DNA from: Dicyema japonicum
Lineage: Eukaryota; Animalia; Dicyemida
Length of the DNA stretch: 64,000 nt
Reading direction: 5' to 3'
Assembly: GCA_011109175.1 (NCBI GenBank)
Contig: RDEW01000003.1
Coordinates: 2,181,761-2,245,760 of the forward strand
The notes beneath the pieces were generated by a model. It was not told the origin of the DNA. It did no database searches and saw only the letters and a list, made by a program, of their open reading frames with translations. This document shows, in pieces, positions 51,501 through 64,000 of the stretch (position 1 is the first letter of the stretch; the number at the start of each line of letters is the position of its first letter). The translations under genes were made by a program, and so were the position numbers.

Positions 51501-51676
51501 CCCGCCTATACAACACGTGAAAAAATTTGAATCGTATAACAAGGGTACGTACATGACAGAAACTGAATCTATGAATGCTGTAATTTTTGTAGTAAAATGA
51601 GATCTTCGACAAAATGCCCATGGACACACTAGATGACTTTGCCAGACATCTGGAGACTGACGATGATTGGGTTTGA
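48596..51676 (+). CDS. CORO7: coronin-7 / POD-1-like tandem coronin
   Basis: MKFKTWKYRN start; two coronin WD40 units (FEIDRL...IPHK; MDADTNFIILSSKGE...PKCECDVKKVEI...EYFQDDVY); acidic C-terminus ETDDDWV*. Confidence 0.88.
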
Positions 51677-52380
51677 CTAATTTTTACTAATTATTAGTGA
51701 CTTAACAAGATTTAACATTACGGTTTAATTAAATTAGTTTTTTTTTAATAATAATTATTTCTAAAAAAATTAAATTATTTCTTGTAAAGTCTATGACGCT
51801 ATATACTCTATAGTGTACTACATGCGTCTTCTTGACCAAATCCAATAGTGAAGATGAAACCTGAAAATGAAGAGGCTTTCATTTCAAGTTGGTTGCCATT
51901 TTTAGAAATTTTAATTGCCACAAAAGATTGGTGACACACTTCAAGACTATTGCTATTAATTAGTTCAAGCATTTAAAAGCACTGCGTATTCTATAAGCAC
52001 GTGAATACTTAGGGTTTCCTTTTACCATGCTTCATACTATCCATTCTATACAACTTTCCTTCTTGCACGTTTCTGTTTTTCATCAAGGTTTTTCAGTTGT
52101 TTCCCATTTTGGACATAATCACAGTCAAGACAGAAAGTGTAATTTCCAACAATTAGGTCAATTTAATAGGTGATATACCAGATTACAAACTTAGTTGGTG
52201 GTAATGGTGTCAATGTGACACATAATCAATACTAATTTATTATTTAACACAAAAGTACAAAGAAGATAGGTCATGTGGTTCATCTAGGCTCCGGAGATTT
52301 CGAGGAGAATCCAAGCCAGTCTCATCTATTCATTCTCCACTACTTAAAAGCTAAAAAACATTATATTTAACCTCACGCAA

Positions 52381-52622
52381 GTCCATCCAGAACCAGCATG
52401 AAAAGTAAAAGACGTCCATTCCTTGCAGTTGTGGAAACCCATCCAGTGGAGTGCGGGAGAGCAAATGATCCTTTTTCATGCCAGCCTAGCACTAGGCGCC
52501 ACCTGACAAAGATAGATCACACGACGCCACTCTAGTAGGAAGGGTAAGAGGAGGAACAGACGAAACAAACAGAAAACTTCAACTAATTAGCCACGTAGCA
52601 TCACATTGCACCACGTGGCCAA
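52381..52622. repeat. dispersed ~240-nt structured repeat, copy A
   Basis: Similar to 62938-63172 and 56925-57133. Confidence 0.85.
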
Positions 52623-52811
52623 AGCAATCATTGTAAAGTCAACACATAATAAAAGTTAGATGATCACTGTAAAATCAACACATTATAGAAAAAAATAAAT
52701 GAATATTAATTAATTTAATAAAAATAATAAACAAATTAGTAATAGTTTCGGGTCTTGTTGCTCTGTGGTTTTATACTAATTTGTATTACACCCATTTAAA
52801 TACTACTAAAA

Positions 52812-55800
52812 ATGGATAGAGTAAAAGAAAGTATTAAAGTAAGGCTTTAACATGCAACTGTAGAACGTTGGGTCTCCTTGTTTACTAGACGTGAGTCCTG
52901 AACTGAGAGACGCTGTGAAATATCTGCTAACCATAAAAGACATAACCTCAGGAAGTCAACTGTACGACCAATTGTTGGACCTAATGAGGAAAATCACATA
53001 TAAAGAGTATATAAATGTCAACATCCTTAGAGTCAATAAAAATGAGTTTGAGAGACTAATTAGTGACATTTTCAAAGAATTCCCTCAATATTTGAATAAC
53101 TTTATATCATATCTCCCTGAACCTTACAATCTGTCCATTCTCCATAGAAATCCTGAAGTATCTCCCAATTTTGACTTGGATAAGGCCATAAAATACATTC
53201 AAAGAGTGAAGGTACTCTTATTGTCACATTATAGGAACAACTGAGGCATAATCCTGCGTTATATTGGTCATTCATTGAGACTCTTGATAAATACCAGAGT
53301 GATGTCAAAAGCATGGTAAAGGTGGAGTACTATTATATATTCTAGGGTGAATTCCACAGTCTCTCAGCGGAGGACATTGTTTTTCGCAAAATGACATCAT
53401 TATTTGCGGGGAAACTCAGATTATGAATGATTTTTTTGAGTTATTCCCAGAGGTATTTGTCTTGATTACTTAGATTCGTTCTGTCGGGGATAAGTTGTCT
53501 GATGTATTTTCAGAGACACCTGCCACCTCTCAGATACGTAATACTTACTTGTCTGAGATTTCTCACAATGGAATGATCGCATCAGCTAAGCGTCCCTCCT
53601 CGCCAGTAAATAGGCCACCTAAGAAGGCAGTATTGGAGGATGTACAAGTAGTTTCTGATGGTTGGGTCAGTCAATGATGTTACTTAGGATGACCAAACAG
53701 GAGGAATATCTACTCCTCCTTTGTATTTAGAAAGATCTGCTGAGGACAGAATCGAATCCCTATCAGAAGCAGCCTTCTTTGACTGCGTTCTCATTTATTA
53801 TTATCATTAGTTACGTAAAACTATTGATTACAACGGATATGAGCATTTGTTAAACACGTGTCATTGTATATGGATAATGTGATTCCTTATCATAGACTTA
53901 TTCAGCACTGTAATGATATATTTGGGTATATTTATTGCTTTATTATAGGGAATATCCCTCACTTATTTCACAATTTGAATCAATAACATCAAACTGGGAA
54001 AATAAGGGTGAAAAAAGCTGTAGTAAAGTTATCGACAAAAATAGTAATAATTATATACTGATTGTATTATAGCACTGAGTATGTTAAAACGATATGGAAA
54101 TAATTATAGGCAGGTTCCTTTCACTGATGTGGTCATTAAGGGAACATCTGAGGTTGTATTGCTCTTATATGTAGGTTCTTAATACGAAATATGTGTCATA
54201 TCCGACCCAAAACGAAGATGATACTATTCGTACTAAGAAGAATCAATATGAAGATGTATTGCTCAGGTTTACTCATATATTATTGTAGGTCTGATGATGA
54301 TAGGATTGATTTTGACTATAATTTTATTACCACATTTGAAGTCATTGCTAAATTACGTGGAGTACATGACTGTATTTCCAGAATGGAATCCCCCCTTTCA
54401 GTCAGATTAACAGATTCATTAGGTGTAGAATCGCCAATGCTAATTCACGGTATTCTCCATCGGTTAGTTGGATTATTAATGGTAGTGTTTATTCCTCGAA
54501 TTATTTGAGTGTGGTTGATTCAATAAAACGAGTACCATTCAAAGTAATTCCAGTTGTAATAAACAGGTTTTAGTGTGCTTAACTGTAGACTGGAGAGTGT
54601 TTATAATTCTCTAAACAGTAAAAAGAAAGGTTTGTACCACGAATGGAATTCCATGCAGAACAAATTACATCTAAAATCACTTGATTATTATGGAGTAAAC
54701 TTCAAGTCGTGTGATGTCAAGACTATGAGGTCACGTTATTTATGTGATGATATTAATAAACTTCCTGTAATTGTTGTATTTATGGTAGAATGATGATAAA
54801 GATCCCCGTGAAATGAATTTGTGTTATTACAATCCTCAAATAATAGAGGATGTTAATGATTTGTTGGTCTACTATGTACGACGATATAATAGTATTACAA
54901 TATTTCTAATTGTAGTGTCCAAACTAGAAAAGACCTCCTCAAAGAGATTGATTCGTTCATTTATTCCAGATTTGTTATTTACTCAACGAAAATGTCTATC
55001 CGATGACGAGGATGTGTTTGAATATGATAATATTGTATATCGTGTTATTACTGTAGAGTAATGATGTTAATCTGTTTTATGGTGGGGTTCATTGGTATTG
55101 TTTTATTCGTCTTCATAATCTCCTCTGTTACAGACTATCCATGTTGTTACGTACTATTAATGAAAAGACTGATCAGATTACAGTGTCTACTACAGCTGAG
55201 AGACTAGGATATGCTCAAGAGAGTTAGTGGTTGTCTAATATCAAGCATTGGTTCCCCCTGATAACTGTTACGCATATTCTCTGCAAATGATTAGAGATTA
55301 CTTGGATGGAATATTAGATTCCACTACATTTGAGGATAGATTGAGGAGTTTTGTGGGAATTAATTCATATATTATATTCACTGTTGAGAGTTTACTACAT
55401 TATGCTGTTAAGAATGTATTATTTATATATATTGTCAGCTTCATAGAATAGTCTTGAGTGAATATGATGAGTCCAAATATGTTCACATGTTCTATACACG
55501 GTCTAATCATTATGATTATTATTATACTCTTCTACAGCCACAGCGTTTTTATCAATTTGTCTTTGTATTACAATTTTCTTTATTTTAGAACAAAAATCCC
55601 CTCTCTGTAAAAATTACGCTGTACCCACGTCCCCCTAGGTGTAAATACCCAAAGAATCCGTATCTGATGAAGTATACTTTTTGAGTTATTATAGGAATCT
55701 CACTTATGTGAATAATATAATCAATAGTAGAGGGATCGTCGCTGATGACTTTATTTTAATGAGTTTGCGTTGTATTAATATTATAGTCAAAAATGGTCAT

Positions 55801-55935
55801 CTTTTGGAAAAGAATGAATTTATGATGATAAGACGGCGTAATAGTCAGTCGGACATTCTTTGGAAGAAGAAAGTGAAAATTCAGCTACAGTCATCGTCAC
55901 ATTGGGTCAGGGCACTATTTTTGGATGTAAATTGA
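52812..55935 (+). CDS. SIN3: SIN3 paired amphipathic helix corepressor, many mini-introns
   Basis: PAH motifs DAVKYL..IK and AIKYIQRVK; HID KKNQYED..DDDRIDFD and KSLDYYGVNFK; C-terminal WYCFIRLHNLLCYRL and TFEDRLR..GINSYIIFTVE. Confidence 0.9.
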
Positions 55936-56924
55936 CTATTTGTGGGTTTAAATAACGCTGTATTGATAATAATTTATTATTACTCAGTCTTTTATAATAT
56001 AGGCTAGTTTCAGTCTTAATAATTATAAATGTGTAGTATTTTAAAGATTTACGACCTGATAACGACGCTTATGAGCATATCTAGAATCATTATTATGTAC
56101 ATAGGCAGCTTAAAGTCGTATGAGTTGCCATGGACAGTTTTAGGCGAGTCGTCTCCCTTCGAGAATCCGATTTTGCAAAGTGTATCTAGATACTCTGATT
56201 TGTACAAATTCATTTTTGAATTTTTTAATCATATTTGGATTGCTCGTTCGTCCTCGATATTCTCATACCTCCTCAGAGGTGGATACCTTATGGATGACGC
56301 ATTTCCTGATATCATTTGAAAATCCATTGGAACCCTTAAGGGAAAATATGAACAAAAATGTGGCCCCACCCAATTTATACCAAATGAACTACTGGTTAAT
56401 GACCAATTTATTTACCCTATCAAATGGACGACGTTCTGGCCTGTAAAGACAAATGCAAAACCCTTCTTATGGTTATCAAATCAACTCAGACAAAAAAGGA
56501 AATAACGGACGGATAAACTTGCGGTAATCAATGCTGCTTTAAAAGCACAAGAACAGTAAGCAAAACTCACTAAATATTACACTCTCCTCCTCCATATACT
56601 CTTCTCCTTTAGGCACTACTTGGTAAATCATTTACCTCATAAAAGTGACCATAATCCTATACTATCGAGATCAAGAGGGAAATTTTGATTTGGACAAAGA
56701 TGATCGTGACATTAAAATTACAAATTTGTCGACTAATTACACGTTTATTTACTAACAGCAGTTTGCCGAATCACGATTTTGTTGGTTTTGCCCCTCGATT
56801 AAGTCCTATCCTGGATCTTCCAAATTTCGCCAATGGACATGATGGCCATAATTAAGGAAAGAAATGGTCTACACTGAGAGTTCCCACTATCACAGAGCAG
56901 ACTCTTTCCAATTTCATACAAATC

Positions 56925-57133
56925 AATCCAGAACCAGCATAAAATGTAGAAGACGTCTATTCTTTGCACCTGTGGGAACCCTTTCAATGGATTGGGGGAG
57001 AGAAAATTATCCTTTTACATTCCACCTTAGCATGGGCGTCACCTGAGACAGGTAGATAGCATGACGCCACTCTATTTTAAAAGGAGAGAAGAAACAGACA
57101 AAACTCTTCAATCAAGTAGCCACATAGCATCAC
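56925..57133. repeat. dispersed structured repeat, copy B (diverged)
   Basis: Shares ccagaaccagcat...gacgccactcta...agccacatagcatcac with copies A and C. Confidence 0.75.
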
Positions 57134-57900
57134 GAGGCTGAGTTGATTGAAGACATAAACGGAATAACCCGAATATTAATCTTAAATACTCAGTTTGAAA
57201 TCTGGATTGGATCACCTTGTTGCGAGGAATATACTGTCACTTATCGTCTTTACACTCTATGATATCCTGGAAGGATGTTTATGATCTTTGCCTTCTTTAA
57301 TTTATAGAATCATCATAGGATCCACCTCACATAGGAGACCTTTGGAGCAAATTGTATCATTGGATCCATTTTTAGCAAATAGCTCCGTCTGGTTGAGGAT
57401 TTGTCGCTCAATTCCTTGACTAAAATTATATTGTAGGTGGTATTCCTCAATCCAATTCTCAACAGTGATACCAATCTCCTGTAGGCAGTCCGATGTGACC
57501 AATTATGATGCTCATAGAGGTAATAACTAGTTTCTCTCCCAAATCTTGACGAATTAGAGAATTTTTTGCTCACTTTTATTCACGACTGATACCAACCAAT
57601 CTCTTGGTAGATGAAACTTTTGTTTATTTCCGTGGACTTAATATACATATTTGTAAATGTAGATATTATGAATATATGTCCAATTCAAGTAACTCCAGCC
57701 TCACTAACTTGTAGGAGACCAGCGTATATCAAGTAGGATGCAGCAATTGCCGGTCGCTTCCATAGTGTTGGCATTGTAGACAAGCAGTGTACCACTCAAC
57801 AAGATCTATTACTAAGAATTGAATAATCCCTTGTGAGGACAAAAATAAAGGAAACTCAATATTATTAATAAACCGACCCAATTAATGATTACTACTAATG

Positions 57901-60459
57901 TTATAACTCATCGTTGGTCTAAATTGACTACTTACAAATCAACCTCAGGTACAGGATCAGCAGTAATATCAGCGTCCTCTGGCTGTGGAATATCATCAGC
58001 CATTTGAGGTTCATTTACTTTATCTTTAAAAATATCAGTCCGTGGGACATCACTCGTCTCATCATCTTCCATAACTTCGTCCTCCCCTTCATCATCAATA
58101 AGAATTAACTAAGTCATCACCGACAAAACAACTTCATTCTCAAATTCATCATCACTTATTTGAAGACTGGCCTTCAAATGCTTCTCAGCACGATTCGCGA
58201 ACCCAATTGAGTCACGTGGAGTGTACTGAGACCTTAACATGCATATTTGGTAAAAGAATTTGACAGTATCCACCCACTCTGTGTCATTTCCATCATGAAC
58301 CTACGGCCTAATAACACGGGCCACCAACATCAAAGTCACTCTTGAGTCTTTTCACTAAAGGATGGTAGGGATTCAACTCCAACACCTTTTTCATTTGCAT
58401 GTAATATCTAAAATAGTAAGCACGTGACCATAATACTTTGCAGTTGGGTCATTGGCCCTGTGAGCTGTTTGTGCAGTCATTATTCTCTCCATATTCCCAG
58501 TTATTCCCTCACTTTCAGCAACAATCACACACGAAGTGTTGACAATTCTGTAGGAGAGTTTAACACGAGAGATCATGGCACTCAAAAGAGACTGGATTTT
58601 GTCTCCAAATTGTAAATATTGGTTCTCCAAGATCTTCCTCTGATCGGCCACTTTATCAGATTCATTAATATCAATGTCTCCTTTGGCTATATTCTGTAAT
58701 CTCTTTCCTTTATGTTCAGTCAGATGTCCAATGGCATACTCATCCACCGGATCGAGCAAGTAAATAATCTCATAGTTCCTTCTCAGCAGTCTCTCCACAA
58801 ATGGGGATTTTTTGACAGTTTGCATGCTATCTCCACCAATATAGTATATGGCTGGCTGTTTGGGGTTCATTCTGTCCACATATTCGTCTAAACTAGTCAT
58901 ATTCTCTGTAGAGTAAGAGGAGTAGAAATTTGTGATTTTGGCAAGTCTATTCCTGTTGGAGGCATCCTCATTGATCCCCATTTTTATTCTAAAATAATCA
59001 ATATACTCACTGGATTCCATATTCCTTCCAAAACTCCTGTCTCTTCTCATTTGATAACTTGGAGACGGCCTCAATGAACTTTCTTATAATCTTCTTCTTT
59101 ATAATCTTCAACAGTTTGTTCTCCTGAAGTTGGTCCCGTGATACATTCAGTGGTAAGTCATCAGAGTCAATCACAATAATCAAAAATCTCAGATAGTTTG
59201 GCATAAACTCATTCTCATAAAAGGCATCGGATATGAACACTCTTCTCACATACAACTACAGTAAATAATCCGATAACTCGTATGTTGTTACGGGACAGAG
59301 TCTCATGTACTAGTTTGGAGGGCACGAATATCATTGCTGAGAAGGCTACGTCCCCTTCCGCCTTGAAATGCACGTGGAACATGACTGGATTAGAATCTTT
59401 GGTCATATGCTCGTAGAACTGATTGTATTCGACCTCTTCCACATCAGTGGGACTACAACTTAGTGGGGATACAACTTTCTCAGCCACAGAGGCTTCAACG
59501 TGTTGATGTGATTCCAGTATTCCACAGTCTTTGTCTTTGAGTCTTCGTCTTCCTCCGTCTGGTAGTTGTAAATGACAACTAACCTTCTTATCCCACAAGT
59601 AAATAGGAAGGACAAGAATTGGGAAAATTTACGGCACATTTCGTCGAGTTTCATGGTATCAAGGAACTCACGGGAATCGTCTCTCAAAAACAGGACTATT
59701 TTAGTCCCTCGTCCCAAAGTATTGCCACGTGGGTCAGCGACAATGCTGTAGGAAGAAGCATCAGAAGTCCAAATGTACTGAACGTCGTCGTTGTGCTTTG
59801 TGATGACCATGACCTTTTCGGAGACTTAAAATAAAGAGACTCTATATAACCAAGGAAAGATGAATAGAATCCCACACCGAATTTGCCAATCAGGTCATTC
59901 TGAGACTCGGGGTCCGCGTTCTCAAGTTTCTCAAAGAAGGTGGAGGTCCCCGAGTCAGCTATTGTTCCCAGGTGGGTTATCAGATCTTGTTTTGTCATTC
60001 CAATACCAGAATCGGTGATTTCCAGAGTCCCAGCCACATTATCGACCTAAAATAGAAAAGATCACTACTTTTATGTAGATTGATAGCTCCGGATTTGATT
60101 CGAGGACACTGGAGTTTTGCAGAGATGTGAATCGAATCTTGTCCAAGGCGTCTGAGCCATTAGAAACAAGTTCTCTCAGGAAAATCTACAATAAAATATG
60201 ATCTGTCCACCTCTTTATTTCTGTATAACGAGTTTATGATAAGATTCATTATTCTAGAGACATGGGCCTCAAATTGGTGAGGACTGTTTGATTCGAGTTC
60301 ACTCAGAGACTTCAAATCAAGTCTGTCTAATAACATCAAAGTTACCCATCATCAGAATTGGTGGGAGGGGGAGGAATCTGAGTTTCAGAACCTCGGCATA
60401 TGCCTGGAATTACAAATAGAAATACCAAAGGTGGCGAGAATAACCAATATAATGGACAT
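57901..60459 (-). CDS. HSP90B1: endoplasmin / GRP94 (ER HSP90)
   Basis: Signal peptide [12 protein letters not shown]; [38 protein letters not shown] and NMERIM; C-terminal TNDEL* after a 25-nt intron. One apparent 1-nt deletion near 59605. Confidence 0.96.
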
Positions 60460-61084
60460 TTGACACGTATTAGAATTTAGACATTTTATTGTAATTTAGG
60501 TTAAAATAGGTATATTATTTGCATAAATTAATATATATCATTATATTTATTCATATTTTTAAATATTTGATTGAATAGACTAATTTCCAATATTCAAAAT
60601 AAGTTTTAACTTCATATGCAAAATTGCATTTTTTAATTATTTTTGTTTTAATATGCAAAGTTAATTAATATGTTAATTCATTATTCTTATAAATTTATTT
60701 AAATATTCAATTGGTCTTTTGTGTGCCTGTGAAAGAGCTTCCCAACTTTCTTAGTTTTCTTTCATTCTTTGCATTAATTTTTACAGTTTTAAAATTACTA
60801 AAAGTGATTTTATAATGGTTCAAGGTCGTTTTTAATAACCCAGGATATATCGGAACTAGCTTTTATCAAATTCTCTTGTCTGGGAGTATCCTTTCACAGA
60901 ATCACTTCATATTCAAGCATCCGCCGCCACTACGATAACCAACCCGATAGAGTAGAAAAGACGGGGATCCTTTAAGGATGCCGACAAAGAACCAAATGAA
61001 TATTCGACCACCTATTGGGATTCTCCCTAGTTAATCGGTTCCAATGGCGACTCTAGGAATTGAAGAAAGCAAAGGGCAAAGAAG

Positions 61085-61163
61085 AAATCCGTCGACAAAG
61101 TTGGCAGCGTTGTGGGAATCGAACCCCTGCTAAATTCAAGCGAACCATTAAGCTACATGGTCT
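61085..61163 (-). mobile_element. tRNA-derived SINE-like head
   Basis: Minus strand TAGCTTAATGG (A box) and GGTTCGATTCC (B box) with shortened spacing. Confidence 0.5.
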
Positions 61164-62539
61164 TAGTCGTCCTAAATACGAAGTGATTTTACTTAACATC
61201 TATTATTTATTTGAGAACACAAGATCTCAAAGAAGGTTGTTAAAAACGACTGATTAGCCATGACTTTAGTTAATCAACAGACTCCTTTTTCGTGGTCTGA
61301 TTTCCCAATTGTAGAACGATAGAGCCTCTGCGAATGCCTACAATGGGACTCTATCAGGGTTTCCTTAGGACTGATCGGTGTTCCTCAGTGTGAGCAATCG
61401 CTCAATTACATTTATTCAATTGTGGTTTTCCATCAATTAGATTTTTGCAATAAAACTTAGTTGATATGACAAGGTCTCCATAATTACCTGCAGGCATCGA
61501 GCATCTATGGGAGCAACCTCTTATGATCTCGGGCCCAATGTTCTGTAAGAGCCATCGTGTCATTCTAAGCTTAGACTGCCCCGAGGGTAATTAATTATTT
61601 TTTTTAAATAATTTATTTTTCAAATCAAAAAACGTAATCGATTTTTGCGGAAATTTCTTTTATTTTATTATTTTAAAAACAATTAATTTTTAAGTTGTTT
61701 CATAAAATTGCCAATACTACACGTGTAGTATTTATCGAAAGTACCATCGGGGTCAGTGGATGGGAGGAATAGAGAGAAACAACAATGTTGAACCTAAGTT
61801 TATCTCTAAATGTAGTTGGAATCCCCGGTGAAATTCTGGAACTGTGTATAATGATTTAAAATCTCATGGTGGACGTTGCAAATTTGAAACTTTCCAATTC
61901 AGTCCCAAATTCCCTATCAGTGATTTCTCCGTATTCAGGAACGTTTGGTATGGTCTCTTCATCTCTCTGTCTCTTACAGGAGTTTTAATCCCAGGGTACC
62001 CTCACATGTCCTGGGTTAAAAGAACCCGGATGCGAGTCATGAACTCTCCGTATACCTTGTATTCTTTTAATTCCAGAATATCTAAACAACTTCCTCCGTC
62101 CCCCATAATCTGCATACGAACACGCGATTAAATCAGTCAAGACTTCACCACAGGTGCAGTATTACAAACCAAAACCCGCACCCTCCATCACCTTCTTCAC
62201 TCCGGATGAGGTAGTGGTTACGTATCTGTAGCTCAGACAGGATCTCATCGATCCATTTCAAACTCACAGGGCCCTGGGCTAGACTGCGTTAACAACTTGT
62301 GTTACTACTTTACCAACATCTTTTCTAACGTCTGGAAGAATATCTTGATATGGCAATTCTGGAAACAAGAATGTACCTTCCACTGTCAAAAGTGCTAGAA
62401 AGACTTGTTTGAAAGTTGATTTCCCCCGGTCTAACAATACCTTCTTTAACATTGCTTCAGGTCTGAGAGTTCTTCCACGACACATCTGGATTCCATCATT
62501 ATGAATTTGATGTACTAAAAACACTCATGCGAATGGTTT

Positions 62540-62740
62540 TTGTCTCTTGGACATACGCAAGGCCTTCGATTCTGTCTCGAGGTCCCTTCTAACAAAAAAG
62601 TCAATTGTGAATGAGTAATTTGCTTTCCGGTCCGACGTGGGAGAGTACGGCATAACAACATCAAATCAAGATCTCACCTGTTGCCGAATGGGGTACCACA
62701 AGGATCCTCACTCTCATCGGCACTGTTTGTTTTATGCAAT
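62540..62740 (+). mobile_element. LINE RT fragment
   Basis: LDIRKAFDSV and NGVPQGSSLS. Confidence 0.75.
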
Positions 62741-62849
62741 CCAACGATCGATGTCCCAGACACGTTGTTTTTAAAAGTCACTATTGGTGACTCACTTATT
62801 CCAATTTCTAGCAAACACCTGATCAGACACCAGGGTACTGGTGCACTTA

Positions 62850-63172
62850 ATTTAATTTATTAACCCCGGATACACCGAGAAAGAAGTTAAAGTAAACAAC
62901 TAATTAAGTGTATTTAGTTTCCACTTCTACAGAAAGAGTCCATCCGGAATCAACATAAAGGGTAAAAGACGTCCATACTTGCAGTTGTGGAAACCCCTTT
63001 AGTAGAGTGGGGAGAGCAAATGATCCTTTTTCATGCCGGCCTGGCACTAGGCGCCACCTGAGATAGGTAGATCTCACGACGCCACTCTAGTAGGAAGGGT
63101 AAGAGGAGGAACAGACAAAACAAACAGAAAACTTCAACTAATTAGCCACGCAACACTACATGGCGCCACGCG
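62850..63172 (-). repeat. dispersed structured repeat, copy C, with LINE-type 3' tail
   Basis: Most complete copy; the minus strand ends CCGGGGTTAATAAATTAA, like the LINE end at 42440. Confidence 0.8.
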
Positions 63173-64000
63173 GCGTAATTTTTCTGGTGCACTTGTGTCC
63201 CCCTAATCACTTATACTATCCCTTAGGTAATTATAGTACCCACATAAAAATAATAATTTTTTGATTATAATTTTTTTAATTTTTGTCCATAATGTTATCT
63301 GAAGAGTTGTATGTTAGCCTTGGTTCTAGCTGCAATACACTGGACATGTTAGAGGAGTATTACCGGATCTTTCATTAGAAAAGTGTGTGAAATTTGAAAG
63401 GAATTTTAAAATACGCATAAAATATCGACAAGGAAAGGCTAAGTACTTTAGGTGTTTTATAGTAATACTGCACTTTACGAAGAGCCATATTAGCTATAGC
63501 TATTCCCAGACAGGACGCACACCTTATTTAAGTAAAGAACAGTTAATTGGTGATGGAGAACTAAGGAATGCTATTGACTTCTTTTTTCTCTACGGTGAAG
63601 AGGGGTATTTAGTGATGGAGTAGTGAGTGATCACAACTAGATAAATATGTGATCCTGTCTTAGGAGAGCCCACAATTTGGCTCTGTGTTCCTTTCTTGAT
63701 CCCACACAAGCTTATGATGGACGGAGAACTACCCAATCACAGTGTAACGGGCACCTTGTACTGTTTAGGTTAATAAAAGTTCCAGAGTGTTTAGAGGAAG
63801 TAGTTTCTTTTCAATGATCCACGGTTCCGTTTTTTTCTAGATAGCCCTTATCTTCTCGGGATCTGACCAGGGTTATTCTTTAACCTCTCGAATCTGATCT
63901 CGGTGGAGTCAACGTTTCCTTGCGATACCTGACCTTTTCCACAAATCTTACGTGATGGAGTAGTGATTAAGGTCATGGTACTGATAAATCATACTTAGAA

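Noticed and set aside
56029-56560. ORF with an in-frame TGA (readthrough, selenocysteine or piggyBac relic)
   Set aside because: No recognisable family or SECIS, and TGA is a normal stop in neighbouring genes.
59595-59615. Frameshift in HSP90B1 (also CORO7 ~49572) read as programmed frameshifting or pseudogenisation
   Set aside because: Adding one base to a homopolymer restores the conserved FPIYLW. A sequencing indel is the simplest explanation.

Overview
AT-rich eukaryotic (animal) nuclear DNA. Compact, divergent genes are broken by many ultra-short GT-AG introns (mostly 21-34 nt), so the ORF track shows only pieces. Genes recognised by hand-splicing: RPL21, SNRPF (SmF), DEPDC5, RRP12, CC2D1/Lgd, CORO7, SIN3 and HSP90B1 (GRP94). 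A LAMP-like membrane glycoprotein gene, not evident from the ORF track, occurs three times in a ~2.28-kb tandem array. Metazoan gene content plus 21-30-nt introns best fits a dicyemid mesozoan (inference; a myxozoan or orthonectid is not excluded). Intergenic DNA is a patchwork of decayed non-LTR retrotransposons (CRE, RTE, Ingi/I-like, R4-like), tRNA-headed SINE-like elements, a Tc1/IS630 fragment, a 28S rRNA fragment and an intron-bearing myosin light chain fragment. Best leads: (1) the LAMP-like triplication, which sits inside an inverted segmental duplicate with templated-insertion junctions; (2) evidence for a ~21-nt intron-length floor; (3) an Ingi-like 5' end with a 2A-like peptide and a possible HDV-like ribozyme; (4) an rRNA fragment lacking ES27L. 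Single-base homopolymer frameshifts in conserved genes suggest assembly indel errors, so pseudogene calls are uncertain. All homology calls come from motif recognition, not database searches, and TE boundaries are approximate.
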